Positions 47,241 to 60,398 of a DNA stretch of 64,000 nt are shown piece by piece. The translations under genes and the position numbers were made by a program. Source of the stretch: Lama glama (lineage: Eukaryota); the NCBI GenBank assembly GCA_028534125.1, contig CM052817.1:26538001-26602000 (forward strand), written 5' to 3'. Numbering within the stretch: the first letter of the stretch is position 1; each line of letters begins with the position of its first letter. The notes under the pieces are model-generated. The model saw only the letters and a program-made list of their open reading frames with translations. It did not search any database and was not told where the DNA came from.

Positions 47241-47884
47241 GTATCATCTCCATCTTGCACAGGAAGAAAGGAGCCTGAATGTTTCCTCCAACTCATTTAT
47301 CTGGTTAAAAAACACCTGGTCACTGCAACCCAGAGAGAGATTAAAACTATTTCACACCTAAAAGTGAAATATGACATTTGGTCAACACATGATTTTCTCA
47401 TCTAAATGCCCAACTAACAAAACACATTACCTACTTTAAAAAGTTTATCTTGATCACAACTCTTTATTATTAACCTTGTCTTCTAGCTCCAATTTTGGAT
47501 TTCAAAAGTTTTGCATTTCAGGCAGAGAGTGAAGCACAATTAACACTTTCATGCACATTGAATATAATAAAGGGCCTTAAATGTCAGTCCACAGATATGT
47601 TTGGCCCACACAATGCTTAAAATAATTTTTTGAGCCAATATTTTAAAATTAGAAGATACCATTTTTTTTTAAGTTGATTTCTGGCTTCTCTTGAAAACCA
47701 CAGATCTGGAACACTGAGTCTGAATTTCTGCATGACAGTATTATCTAGGGTGAAAGTGGTGGCCCCTCAAATTGGGGCTCTCCTGTTTGCTTCAGGATCT
47801 GTCACCTACATAAAATATGCACGTGCCCTTATACCTAGCAGTCTTCACTGATTTGCATTCCTATCTGATCTTTTGTGCAGAGAA

Positions 47885-48339
47885 TGCTAACTGTGCCTCA
47901 ATATTACTATCTCTCCTTCTTCTATAGTAATGTTCCAGCTAGACTCATGACTGCCCCTCTAGGACTACATCCCAGCCTCCCTTGCAGCTACGTCTGATCA
48001 TGTGACACAATTCTGGCCAATAGTATAAAACTGGAACTGATGTTTGGGACTTCTGGACTGCTTTTAAAGGAAAGCAGGATGCCCTCTTTTGCTTTTTTTC
48101 TTCTTCTTGCCAGCTAGGAAGTGGACATGATGGTGGGAGCTGAAGCAGCCATCTGACAGCACAAGATGGAAGCCATGTCTTGAAATAGCAGAGCAAATAG
48201 GAGGAAACCAGGTCTCCAGCATCAAGGAGTTACATACCAGCTCTGGAAAACCTATGCTCAGACTATTACATCAGGAAAATTAACTTCCATTCTCGTGTCT
48301 CTTTTTCACAGCAGCTTCAACTGTATCTTAACTAATGCA
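47885..48339 (+). mobile_element. ERVL/MaLR LTR (LTR33-like)
   Basis: GACTACATCCCAGCCTCCCTTGCAGCTA...CATGTGAC..TTCTGGCCAAT...GCAGCCATCT...AACTAATGCA. Confidence 0.7.
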
Positions 48340-50807
48340 TCCCCATTTGCAACTGAGTCCGTGGCCCATGGGTTAATTGGAATGGAGGTATAAAGGAAAA
48401 GAAAATATGATTTTGCAAGTTGTTTTTCCCTGTAAATGGGACCTGTGTGGCCAGCATCAAGTCAAATCACATTGATGGCTGAGATGAGGCAGAATCATCG
48501 TCTTTATGGCTAGAGCAATATAGGAAAGCCCTGGCCATGTCTTGCAGGCTGTGTTTGCAGGTACCATTTTCTGGCTGTGGATGGTTTGTCCACATGGCTC
48601 GTCAGGGCCACAGGCTACATTCTCATCTAGTCTTCATCTCCAGCTTGTCTTTGAAGGCCACACTTGAGTGGGCAGCCCTCTTACCTTTTCTCGGCAGAGC
48701 CCTCTGAGTGGAAGAGAAGTAGAAACTTCTTGGTTGGTACTGTTCTTGTTCCCAGGGGTCCAAAGAGGCTTCCGTGCTAAGCGTGAAACCATTGAAGGGC
48801 CTCACAGTTTCGATCTGAGCAGATCCTGCTGTATTATGTGAGGGTAAAAGGCCAGTTATGAAAATGACCTATGACCAAAAAAAGAACTTACTACCTCCCC
48901 AGAGGCTAGTGCCAAAAATGACAATGTTGTTGTGTTCTTTAGAATGATGAATGAAAGTATTGAGTGAAATTTGGGTATAATAATGCCAAACTACTTAGTT
49001 TGCCTGTGACCGAGTTCTCCAAACCAGGAATATTCTGGGGAACAGAATGAGGAAGAAAAAAATATTGTTTAATAAGCACTTAATGTGCTATAAATGTTAT
49101 ATACATTTTCTCACTTAATTATCTCAAAAAATCCAATGAAGTAGTATTATACCTAGTGTTTTAAAGCAGAAAATCTAAGAAAAGTTAACTGGACAAAGAT
49201 AACACAGTTTGGAAGTAAAAAGCCAAGATTTTGACACTCTGGTGACTTATGTTCATTTCATATCATGCAGCCTCATAGATGCTCTGAGGCTGGTCCAATC
49301 AGAAGGAGGAGGCACGCAAGATCATGGACAGAACTGCTGGGGATGGAAGTATCTGGGGGAGGAGGGTAGCCTGTAATAGATGCAGGAAAACAAGAAAAGA
49401 AAGTGAGAGAGAGACATGTTAAAAAATACTTTATACCTGCCTCGGATCTTCCTAAGGCCCGCACACTGTACCAAAGAGCAGGATGAGTGTAACTCTCTGG
49501 TCCCTGAGGTAGAAGAGATTCTGGAGGAGGAAGGTAGCAGATACACATGGGGAAGGATTACCTGGCAGCAAGATGAGATAAAACTGAAAAATCAATTTTA
49601 TTCTGCTCTTTACATTGTAGGATGCAGCTGATGAATTGGTTGGTATGGCATGGAGTAGGGAAGGAATTACAACTTAATAGTTAGCCAGGCAGAGGAGTTA
49701 ACATTTTTGCTTATTTAAATAGGTATGCTTTTCCCATTCCTGGAAAATTCTTTTATTTTGTTGTTCATGCCCAAGGTATTTTATATAGATGTCCATTCAT
49801 ACTATTCTGCAAGATCAAAGGGGAAAATAATTCCCAACGCAATATTCTGGGACAAGTAATGCCATCAAACATCAAACAAAATTGTATCAACTTTCCTTTT
49901 TTAAAATTCTCTTAACTTCTGACTCTTCAGAGAAACAGTCCATCTTTATTTTCATTTAGTGGTAAAGTATTTTCTAACAGCATCAGCAAAACCCCATTCA
50001 AAATCAACGACCAGCTTTTTAGGCATAAGACGCATGCCATTTCTGTTTGGCACAATGTGACTACTAACAGAGCCAATATATTTCTTTCTCTCTCAGCTAT
50101 TGATGGGTGTCTGACAGTTCCAAACCCAACACCCTCAACATTATGTTGATTAGTTAGATGGATGAAATCCTTAGAGATGGAGAAGTTACCTAAGGTGAGG
50201 GCTGTTCACATGTCAGTGGTGGTGAAGGGACAGGCTGGGGTCCCAGATGTCTACGTTCAGGCTGTGACAAGAATGGTGTCCTCTTTTTGGGGTCATTTCA
50301 AGCTCTTTCTACAGAATGAGTCCCAGATAACTGAGTATCATTCTCCAGATAGGAGCAGGGAAGGATATAAAATAGAAACATTGATGAGGCAAAGAGAATG
50401 ATGCTCTCAAGCTTATCTGTAGTTCTACAGAGCTTATTTTGTGCTGGCATTAGTGCAGGCTGAGGTTGGAGGTCAGGTTTCAGAGAACTACAGGGGATGG
50501 TAGTGGTCCTGAGACGGCCAGGGCCATCTGGTTTTCAGAGGGCTTCCTGGTGATTTCATCATATATAAGATTTCCAGAGCTGGTATATGGCTTGGCTTCA
50601 TGATGTTGGGCACCCAGTTTCCTTCCATCTTTTTTCTCTGTTATTCTCATTACGTAGCTTTCATCTTGTGAGATCAGATGGTAGATAGGCAGGAGACAAA
50701 GGTAGCTTCCGCTCTTCATTTTTTATCGGTGGTGCTAATAGGTGGTTTGTTAATGAGAACATGGGGTTAGAAAGGAAGACAAGGAAATGTGATGAAGTAC
50801 TAGTGTA

Positions 50808-51306
50808 CAGATCTTCCTTGACTCACTTCCAGATAAACTCATGGTAAGTTAAAAATATTTTAAGTTGAAAATGCATTTAATACACCTAGCCTACAGAACA
50901 TTCTAGCTTAGCCTGGCCTACCTTAAATGTGCTCAGAATGCTTATATTAGCCTGCAGTTGGGCTAAATCATCTAACACAAAGCCTATTTTATAATAAATT
51001 TTATAATAAAGTGTTGACTATCTCATGTAATTTCTTGACTACTGTACTGAAAATGTAAAACAGAATGGTTGTCTAGGTACAGAATGGTTGTTAGGGTGTT
51101 GGCTGTTGACATGCGTGATCAGGGGACTGACTAGCTTGCTGCTCACGCCCAGCATCACAAGAGAGGATTGTATCGCATATTGCTAGCCCAGAAAAGATCA
51201 AAATTCAGAATTCGAAATCACGATTTCTACTAGATGTGTATCACTTTTGCAACATCGTTAAGTCAAAAAACCAGAACTTGAACCATCATAAGTCTGGGAA
51301 CGTGTG
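50808..51306. mobile_element. Tigger-family MITE (MER47/Tigger5-like)
   Basis: TA-flanked ends; GAAAATGCATTTAATACACCTA..CTAC.GAACAT..TAGCTTAGCCT..CCTACCTTAAATGTGCTCAGAA. Confidence 0.85.
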
Positions 51307-52483
51307 TAGTTGGGAGCTGGAAAATACATTGCCTCACCCAGCTGTCTGACCTAAGTCTCTTGCCTACCTCTTACTGATAAAAACAGAAATGCAGCCATCA
51401 GTGCTATGGAAAACAGTTTTCCATCTCTGTGACTGTGGCCTGATGGGGAGGAAGTGAAACTAATTTGGGCAAAGACATGTCCCGTCTGTCCTGTCTGTCT
51501 TCCTGTGGGGCCCTGGGGTGGGAGCAAAAGGTTTGCATGTTGGGCTAGAATGCTAGGGAAAGAGGAAACAGTGTCTGAAGTGGGACTTTGGTGTCAGGGA
51601 TAGGTCAAAGGATAACAATTTCCTTTTGCTTTGGGAACTGCTCTTTCACCTTGCCTTTTCCTTTCTTCTTCTTCTTTTTTTTTTTTTTAAGTGAAGTTTC
51701 CAAGTAGAAAAGGCAACATGTGCCAAGTGCTACAATTTATTTGAAGCTGATTGGGTTCTGAATATGAAGACTCTCTTTACTGTGGCAGTAATTAAAAAAT
51801 AATAATAATGGTAGTGTGTTTTAGCACTAGGTTATAGATTCCTCGTCCAATGCTATGATAACCCCCTGAGAAAGGCACTGTTATCCTCTCTATGGATGGG
51901 GAAATCGAAGCTCAGAGGATAAGTGGCTTGCCCTCAGTCACACAGCTGGTCAGTGTCTGCAGAGTCTGGGATCTTCTGTTTCTTGCATACCTGTCACCAT
52001 AATTCTCAGTTACAAGCAGTTGCTTCAGACATGTGTTAAGGTTTCTACTTCCAGCAGTCCTCTGGGCTCCATGGGATAAGCGCATGTTACTCTGCTTCTC
52101 ACAGGTGTGTGTGAGGCTCCCGAGAAACTTCAGTTCTTCCTCTCTCCTGGTGCATCCAGAACTACAGCTGAATTTCTTTATCATCACTTTAGAAGTGATA
52201 AAAATTCCCAAAGGGAAATTTCTTTCTGCCGTGGAGTTGGCAGTCTTCATTCATAAGGGATGCATTGTGGAATGTTCTGTTTTGGTGAGATGGAGACGTT
52301 CTTAGCGACTGAAGACAAAGAAGAAAAGGGGGGGAGTAGGGCAGAACTGAAGGGAGGGTGTTCATATAGGGCTGGGAGTCTTGGCCCTTCTTCCTCATCC
52401 TCTTTAGCTTTAGGGGTCTCTGCCTTCCTTCTCCTGGGAGAAAGCAAAGACCACTGCCTTTTAAATCAAACAGACCTTGGTTC

Positions 52484-52834
52484 TGGTAATAAAGTGACGA
52501 CGGGCCCCAAATAGAGTCACTTGTGCTAAGCCCATGTCGCCAAACAGAAACTTAATACCTAAGCTAATTGCAGTTTCAACATCCCCCAGGAATGTCATCT
52601 TAATTCCAGTTTGGAATTTTCTGGTCAGCACCAAGGAGGTAACCTGCCACATAGACCCTTTCCCCTCCTCCTAAGGAAGATGAGGTAAGCTGCTCTTCCC
52701 TTATCCCTCCCCTCTGTGACTGTTCAGCCGCCCAGAGCTCCTGTCTGTTCGCTAGATGGGATGCCGAGTCATGAATCATTGAATAAAGCCAAGTCCATCT
52801 TCAGAATTAGTCACTTGAATTTTGTTTCTGTTAA
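52484..52834 (+). mobile_element. ERV1-type solo LTR inserted in a MIR (MIR spans ~52455-52970)
   Basis: 4-bp TSD GTTC (52480-52483 / 52835-52838); removing the insert restores MIR CAGACCTTGGTTC|AAATCTCAGCTCTG. TG start, AATAAA at 52782. Confidence 0.8.
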
Positions 52835-53035
52835 GTTCAAATCTCAGCTCTGATGAAAACTCTTGAGGAAGCTAGCTAACCTCACTGAGCCTCAGTTTTC
52901 TCTTCTATAAAAATGGGGCTAGGATTAGTACTTTGTTGGATCACTGGCAGGACTGAATGAAATAATGCTTCTCTAAGCATGATATGCATATGATTTTCTG
53001 GTGATACAGACATTTTTAAATGTAATAATTATGCC

Positions 53036-53040
53036 ATATA

Positions 53041-53078
<38 letters not shown>

Positions 53079-53087
53079 TATATATAT
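53036..53087. repeat. Interrupted (TA)n microsatellite
   Basis: Direct read. Confidence 0.95.
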
Positions 53088-53649
53088 CTCATAACAGATC
53101 TGCCATTCACGAGTTACATTGCTTAGGGCAAGGCTAAGTTAAAAAAATCCAATTTAAAGTCTATCTTGATAAAATGTTAACATGTGTATGATGGCAAAAG
53201 GTGATAGGGAGGGAACCCTGAACTGATACGTATGGAAGCTGCTGGCCCAGCCTCCTCTGCTCAGGAAAGCGACTCCTCCCCACTCCTCCTGGTTAAGGAG
53301 TGCAACTTTGGACAAAGAAAAGCAGAGAAACCCAGGTTGGACAAGAAGTCTGGGTTACACTGGGGACCTGGAATTGCATCTCCCGCTGCTGCCCTCTCGT
53401 GGTCATGCGCTGTCTCAGTGTCCTGAATGCAAGTCAAAGTTGTCCCCTGGAGCTTTAGCACCCAGCACCCGTGCCCCTCCCTTTCTGGCCCTTTTCTCAC
53501 GTTTTCATTTCCCTGCCTCCGGAACTCCCCCACCCTCATCAGTCCCACCCAGCCTTGGCCTACCCTCACCATAGTGTCACTTCCTCTTCCAGCCCAGTCA
53601 CAACAACTCCCCTTCCCCAGACTCCTTACAAGGAGGATGTTCTGATTCT

Positions 53650-53870
53650 CACATCTGAGAATCACCAATAAGCTTAGCTTTCCCAAGGGACATTTGTTTT
53701 AAAAGAGGAACTGGTTTAAACCAAAGGAACTCAAATGAGCAGTGGCTGTATTTTTGTGATCAGTATCTTTCTTCGGCTCCCACCTTTATGAAACAGACCC
53801 TTCTCTTTAAGTAAGCATCTAGATCCAGGAAATGAAAGTCTATTATTTTTTCCCAGGGAATTCCACAACA
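53650..53870. promoter_or_regulatory. Candidate B-lymphoid enhancer (motif cluster)
   Basis: E-box CATCTG at 53652, EBF1 TCCCAAGGGA at 53681, PU.1/Spi-B AAAAGAGGAACT at 53701, EICE GGAAATGAAAGT at 53828, NF-kB-like GGGAATTCC at 53856. Confidence 0.5.
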
Positions 53871-53904
53871 AACTTTCAAAATAGTTTTACTGCTGGTGTT
53901 AGAG

Positions 53905-54352
53905 TTACATTATTTTGCTTGAGGCTGAAACCCAAAATAACAGTGGATTTAAAAAGATTTTAAAGTATTTCTCTCTCTTGTAAACAGAGGAAACCCAGGG
54001 CTGGTATGTTGGCTTCCTGATCATCAGGTTCCTTCTGTCCTGTTTTTTCACCCTCTTCAACATGCAGCTTCTACCTTGGGGCCCAAGACGGCTGCTGCAG
54101 TTCCAGAACTTGGGTCAGCATTCCAGTCACTGGTTAGGAGGAAAGGGCCAGAGAAGAGTATAGTACTCCTTTAAAGCACTCACTACCTTCTTTTACATCT
54201 TTCTGGCCAGGACTCTGACATGCGTTCATTTGCAAGGCATACTAGGAAATGTGACTTTCTTTCCTGAGCAATCTGTGACCTGGTAACGTTTGGTATTTTA
54301 TTAGTAAAGAGTGGGAAAATGGGTTTTGGAGACAATTAGCATCTCTTCCACA
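53905..54352. mobile_element. MaLR LTR (MLT1J-like)
   Basis: AACCCAAAATAACAGTGGATTTAA...CCCAAGACGGCTGCTGCAGTTCCAG...CAATTAGCATCTCTTCCACA. Confidence 0.7.
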
Positions 54353-55829
54353 AGCCTTTTGCTGGGGTTATGAGAAATATCAGACCCAAGTAGGATTGAA
54401 TCCCAGGATTAAAATCAAGCTCTTACATCTCTCTTCTGCCACCGTTAAAATGCCACTGGTGTCAGGGACAATGCTCTAGACCACAGCTAGGACACTGAGG
54501 TTCTAGTTCTGGCTCAGCTGTTAGCCGGTGTCATAGCCTCGAGAGAGAAGTCTGACATTCCAGGGCCTCAGTTTCTCTAATCTGGTGTCCAGGGTCCTTC
54601 CCTGCTCTAACATTATGACTTCTTACAACACTGTCTTGGCGTCCATAATCAAGCAGTTAAATACAAAATGAACATATGCTTTTTCCTTTCCATTGTGACC
54701 ACTAAATGCTATGGGCAATTAAGGATAGATAACCAATTACGGCCCCCAGGTATCCTTTTAACCATGTCATGCTTCCGCGGGAATCTTTCCTGCAGGAACT
54801 GGCTGGGAAATGGAGTGGTTGGCCAGGAGATCAACTTTATTTTCCATTGAGCTTTGGAAGCAGGAAGGCCAAAGCAACCGACAAGGAACCTCATGGTTGT
54901 AAAGTCTCTGTTTATATCCAGTAGTAGTGGCTGCAATCGCCCATCTCAAACCGCTGGGACAGGAAGCACATGTAGCCAATTGATAAAGAGGCTGTCTGCT
55001 GTGGGCATGCTAATCTCGAGGAAATGGGGATCCCACGGCACCTGGATTAGCCACAGACCAGAAAGGGGCCCTTTAGGGTTCCTTTCAGTTGCTAAGACAC
55101 ACTGTGTTTGAAAAAACACTTCCTCCTTCACCCGGAGGGGGAAAAATATAAGCTGCTATTGTGTAACTTCCTTATAAAAGCCAACCAACATTAGCCTCTG
55201 AGCCTTAATAAATGGTTAATCTACAAATAAAAATGCCACCTTGTCTGCTTCTTGGGACCAGAGAGTGGACCAGTTCGCTGGTTGGTCATCAGGGCTCTAA
55301 GATATTACTTTCTTAGCTCTATGTGACATCGTGGATGAGCTGTATGATGGCAGGAAGAGGACCAAATAGGACATCCACGCTGGAAATGAGGCCCTGGGCT
55401 ACATGCCTGTTGGGCTCTCAGCCACAGGGAGCCTTGCTCCTGACTTGAGAGAGACTCTCCCAGAGACCGGCCAGTCTGATGAGAAGGACAGGCACTCCCA
55501 GGTGAAGCATCTGGAATAACGTCTTCCTTTTGACTAGGATGGCTCCTTGGGGCCAGGAAGACCAAGCCTGGAATCAAAGGGGAAGGGATCCAGACAGTTT
55601 TAGAGCAAGGCAGTGTGTCTGAGACACCAGTAAAAACTGTCTGGCTTCAGTTAAATGAGAGCAATTTCTTTCCTGGAGCTGTGCAAAATTTTGACCTCCT
55701 TCATGTCAGCTTTGATGACTGTCCACGTTGGCACGACTTTATCCACATTTTTCAATGCTATGTTGCCAACGTTGGAAAGGAGGAATCTTGCTTACAGTAG
55801 AATGCAGGCGGCTGACTCCTAAATGTGCA

Positions 55830-56680
55830 GTGTTTGTTGGAGTTCAAAAATTAACATTTACCGTCATCCAATAAAAGATTGGCTCAGTTGAGAATCATCA
55901 ATAGTGGCTAAATCTAAGTAGAAATTTTGATGAGGAACGAGATATTCGCGTGGTCTTAAAGTGCCTACTCAAAGATTGCTTACTAGTCTCGAGGGAAAAA
56001 GCAATAACTATAAGTGGAGAAGGCAGACAATACCTTGATTGGGTGATTAAAATTTATGCTGCCAATAAGGGGCAGGTGGACTCTGTGTGCTCCCAGATAT
56101 TGTACCCTAAGAAGGATAGAGCATCACTGGCCAGGAATTCATAACCTGAATTTAATGACAGGGAAACATAAAAAACTCCAAATGAGAAAATTCTATTTAA
56201 AAATGCGGGATAGAGGATGAATGTTCTTCACAAATGTCAGTATCACAAGTAAGACAAGACAATGCAAAATGTTCCAAATTAAAGTCAATTCAAGGATCCC
56301 AGCTAAATACTATACCTGACTCTGATCTCAAACTGGATCCTGTACTACAGAAAACAAATGTCATACAGGACATCATTGGGTCAATTGCCAACCTAGGAAG
56401 ACAGATGGCAGCTTGGATAAAATTACCATATCAATGTTATATTCACTGAGGTTGGCAACTGAACTACTATTATGAAGGTAAGACTATATACTTATTCTTA
56501 GGAAATGCACACTGTAGTGGTTAGGAGTCAAAGGCTGTGATATATGTTTTTCAGATGGATACACGATTAGTTAGAAAGACAAGCAAGATGTTAACCATAG
56601 GTGCTACGGGGTGACAGAATAGGATGCTCTTTGTACTATTCTTATTTTTATAACTTTTCTGTAAGTTTGAAATTTAAAAA
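55830..56680 (+). mobile_element. Old L1 3' UTR (L1MC-like)
   Basis: ATAACCTGAATTTAATGAC.GGGAAACA...AACTGGATCCTG...AGGACATCATTGGGTCAATTG...TTTTCTGTAAGTTTGAAATT. Confidence 0.7.
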
Positions 56681-56714
56681 CACACACACAACCTTTAAAA
56701 GGCTCACACGTGCT

Positions 56715-57030
56715 GCTGTGATGCAGAGTCTGGAGGGAAAAGGGCAGAAGTAGGGCAAGGGGTTAGGGTGTCACTGCAATGACCTGTAGGCAAGAGAAGA
56801 TGGTGGCTTAGAGCTGGACAATAACCGAAGAGAGGACCGGAAGTCCTTGGGCTCCGGCTTTGTCCTGAAGGTAGAGCTAACAGGATTTGCTGATGACTCC
56901 CAAGTGGAGTCAAGGGAAGGAAAGGAGGTAAGGGAGAGACACAAGGTTTCTGGCCTGGTCCCCTGCAGGGATGAAGTAGTCAGTAACTGAGACGGGAACA
57001 TGGTGGGAGGAGCAGGTTTGAAGCGGATGA
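56715..57030 (-). mobile_element. L2 fragment
   Basis: GGCAAGAGAAGATGGTGGCTTAG...GAAGGTAGAGCTAACAGGATTTGCTGATG...AAGGTTTCTGGCCTG. Confidence 0.75.
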
Positions 57031-57636
57031 GTGCCTGATTAGGTGGATTTATGGAATATATTATTTGACTTTAATTAAGCGAAAACGTATAAAATGGACA
57101 AGTAGCTTTAAAATTAGATTTCTCCACAGTAACTATGAATCAAGGATAAACTTAATAATGCTGGCACAACATTGTTTCCGAAACACCTTTTCATTTTTGG
57201 TGAGCAGCACTCTAAGTGGGGCCAGCAGCACTCTTCTTCTGTTGAGACCTTTGTGATGGCTCTCTTCCTGCAATGGCAGCCCTTGAGCTCAACCACCGAA
57301 ATAAGCTGGACCCCAGAATAACTGTAATAGAAGATGTTAAGCTAATATTTTTAAATATAAATATTTGAAGCATATTCAATCACATTGCTCTTATCAAAAG
57401 AGTACAATGCGTTTATTATTTATCATATACAATTTTGTTATTATAGACATAAATAAATAAATTTAACTTAATCCATTAAAATGTCCATTTTAGTGTATGT
57501 TCTATGATGTAAATAATACTATACTAATAAAATATACAGGTATATATCTGTAAATAAACAAACATACCTGAATGGCAGGAGGTACATGCTCAAAATTTTA
57601 ATCATCAGGTGTGGGAGATCAGAAGAGTTTGGAGAT

Positions 57637-58575
57637 AAAAAAATCAAAAATAAACAAGTGGGACTATATCAAAATAAGAAGCATCTGCACAGCAAAAGAA
57701 ACCATCAATAAAATTAAAAGGCAATCTATGGAATGGGAAAAATAATTCTGCAAACTGACTATCTGATAAGAGGTTAACATCAAAATATACAAAAAACCCT
57801 CATACAACTTAACAGTAAAAAAACAAGTAATCCGATTTAAAAATGGGCAAAGGACCTGAATAAACATTTTTCTAAGAAGACATACAAATAGCCAACAGGT
57901 ACATGAAAAATGTGCTCAACATCACTTACCATTAGGGAACTACAAATCAAAACCACAATGAGATATCGCTTCACATCTGTTCGGATGTTGTTATCAAAAA
58001 GGCAACAGATTACAAATGCTGGTGAGGATGTGGAGAAAAGGAAACCCTTGTGCACTACTGGTAGAAATATAAACTGGTGCAGCTGCTTTGGAAAACAGCA
58101 TAGAGGTTCCTCAAGAAATTCAAAATACAACTACTGTATGATTCAGCAATCCCATTCTGGGTATATATCCTAAGGAAACAAAATCATTATCTTGAAGAGA
58201 CATCCATATTCCCATGTTTGTTGCAGTCTTATTCACAATAGCCAACCTATGGAAACGACTTAAATGTCTGTTGGATGGATGAGTGGGTAAAGAAAATGTG
58301 ATACATAGATAATATAGATGAATATTATTCAGCCTTTAAAAAGAAGGAAATCTTGCTATTTCTGGATTCATATGAATGAATGGAAGGCATTATGCTAAGT
58401 GAAATAAGTCAGACAGAGAAGGACATGTATCATATGGTATTGCTTACATATAGAATTAGATAAAGTTGAGCTCAGAAACAGAGGGTAGAACTGGTTGCTG
58501 GGGGCTGGGGAGTAGGGAAAATAGGGGAGAGATTAGTTAAAAGAGTACAAACTTTAGGCTAAAAAATAAAAAAGA
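57637..58575 (+). mobile_element. 5'-truncated L1 (ORF2 C-terminus plus partial 3' UTR)
   Basis: [23 protein letters not shown] start; ORF 57910-58173 (CSTSLTIRELQIKTTMRYRFT...AGEDVEK...CTTG) matches the L1 ORF2 cysteine-rich domain; A-rich end. Confidence 0.92.
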
Positions 58576-58779
58576 ACAGAAAAGGAAAAGTTTAACGGCC
58601 CCTATAGACCATAATACTGACTAATTTCAGAGGTAAAGCTGTTAGCTTTGCCACCATCTGTTCCCTCTCCCGGCAAAGGTCTGATGTGAATGGAGCTGTG
58701 TCGGTTCAGACCCGCTGCTGGGAGCCCAGCAGGGCATTAAGCAGCACTGCTTCTTAGACGCAGCCAGTGCATTAAGACG

Positions 58780-59570
58780 TTCTGTCCATGGCAAATACGT
58801 GATAGTACGTCATCTAATGGAGTATCGCACAACTTCAAAAAGAACAGATCAATTTAGATTGATGTAGGATGATGTCCAAGATGCAATAAGTGAAAAAAAA
58901 AGTGGTAGAACAAATATTGTGTCAAATAAACAAACTATATATATGTTCTTTCATATTCATAGAAAATTTCTAGTAGCAGTGGTTACCTCTAGGAAGCGGT
59001 GCTAGATATAAGAGAGAAGAAAATTTACATTTTAATGTACTGTTAAAATTTTTAAAATCATCAACATTTCAATATTTTTAAAAAAGTTCTTTAAATGTTC
59101 AGGCTTTTGGAAACTCCTTTTATGATTTTTACCCTCAGGAAGTATATAGTAAATGTTTTGTACTAAGATGATCATGGCAACATTTATTAAAATGGTGCAA
59201 GATTGGAAATAACCTAAATGTTTAGCATGAAGAGAATGGTTTAGTAAATAATGGAAAATGGACTGTAATATAATGCAGCCATTAAAAAAAAAATCCATTT
59301 TCTGAAAATTTTAGCCAGATGGGGAAATGCTAACATTATGCTAAGTGGAAAAAGCAAGATCTATGTAAATTCTGTATTAATATCAATGATGTTAAAAATG
59401 CATGGGGGGTGGGAAGCCTGGAAGTAAATGTTCCCAAATGACAACAGTAGTTGCCTTTGACGGTAAGATCATGTAGGATTTTTCTCTTTTTGGACATTTA
59501 TGTTTTCATACTCTTTTCAATTGTTGTGCAATGAGCATGCATTATTTTGTAATGTGAAAGAAAAAGAAAG
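58780..59570 (+). mobile_element. Old L1 (L1ME-like) fragments
   Basis: GGCAACATTTATT...TTGGAAATAACCTAAATG...ATGCAGCCATTAAAA...ATGCTAAGTGGAAAAAGCAAG. Confidence 0.6.
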
Positions 59571-60384
59571 TAAAATACTGAGAAAACCATTACAAGATTC
59601 CTGGCATGAGTCAGGAACTGAATTTTCATGTTTAAATTAGTTTCAGAAACACAGGAGTGGTTTCTAGGCAACCTGCTTGGGAAATCATGTTCCTTTCCAT
59701 TGTTGCTGGAGTGTGTGTGAGTGTCTCAAAGAAAACGTTAAGAGATGAACCCTTGTGAAAGCAGACTTTGCAAGGAAAAAACAAGCTTTGTCATGGGGAC
59801 TTGAGCTATTGTGACCTCAGAGACACATAGGGATCCGAGATTTTTGTTTTCTGACAAAGAAGTGCTTGATTTTAATGAGGATTGACATAGATAGAGAGCG
59901 TATGATAACTATTCAAGTCTCTGTAAATAGTGTGGGAAACTGGGGTTAGGGTTGGGGGTGGGGAATAAGAGTCCAAACCAGTAACCCAGGTGGATGGCTT
60001 TCCTGAGAATCCAGGGCTGTGGATTCTGACAGTGGTGAGGCTTTACAGGATGGATTGCAGCTCAAGATGTGAAAAGATTGCCTTATCATCATGTGAGCCA
60101 TTTACTATCGTTATAGACAATCCTGCTGAGCCAAGGGGCTTTTAATCAGGAGGAAACACTGAAAAATGGAGTCAGAGCTGAGAAACCCTTCGCCCAGCCT
60201 GATGGGCTGTGGAGGATGGGCTGAGTTAAGAATGCTTTTTAGCCTCAAGAGAGCCATGTTCTTTACAAAGAGTTTGCAGAAGGTGCAGAAGGTATTGTTC
60301 TCAGCCCACAATGTATATTTTCCGGCAAGAAAACAAAAGGCGTTGTGCCTGATAAACGGGGTTGGTTCTCAGCTTCTCGCTCCT

Positions 60385-60398
60385 GCGCCCCCTCGTGG
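60385..60398 (-). promoter_or_regulatory. Candidate CTCF binding site
   Basis: Minus strand CCACGAGGGGGCGC, 13/14 match to the core CCACCAGGGGGCGC, in non-repeat sequence with retained CpGs. Confidence 0.6.

Noticed and set aside
57664..58173. Protein-like ORFs
   Set aside because: Sense and antisense readings of a decayed L1 ORF2.
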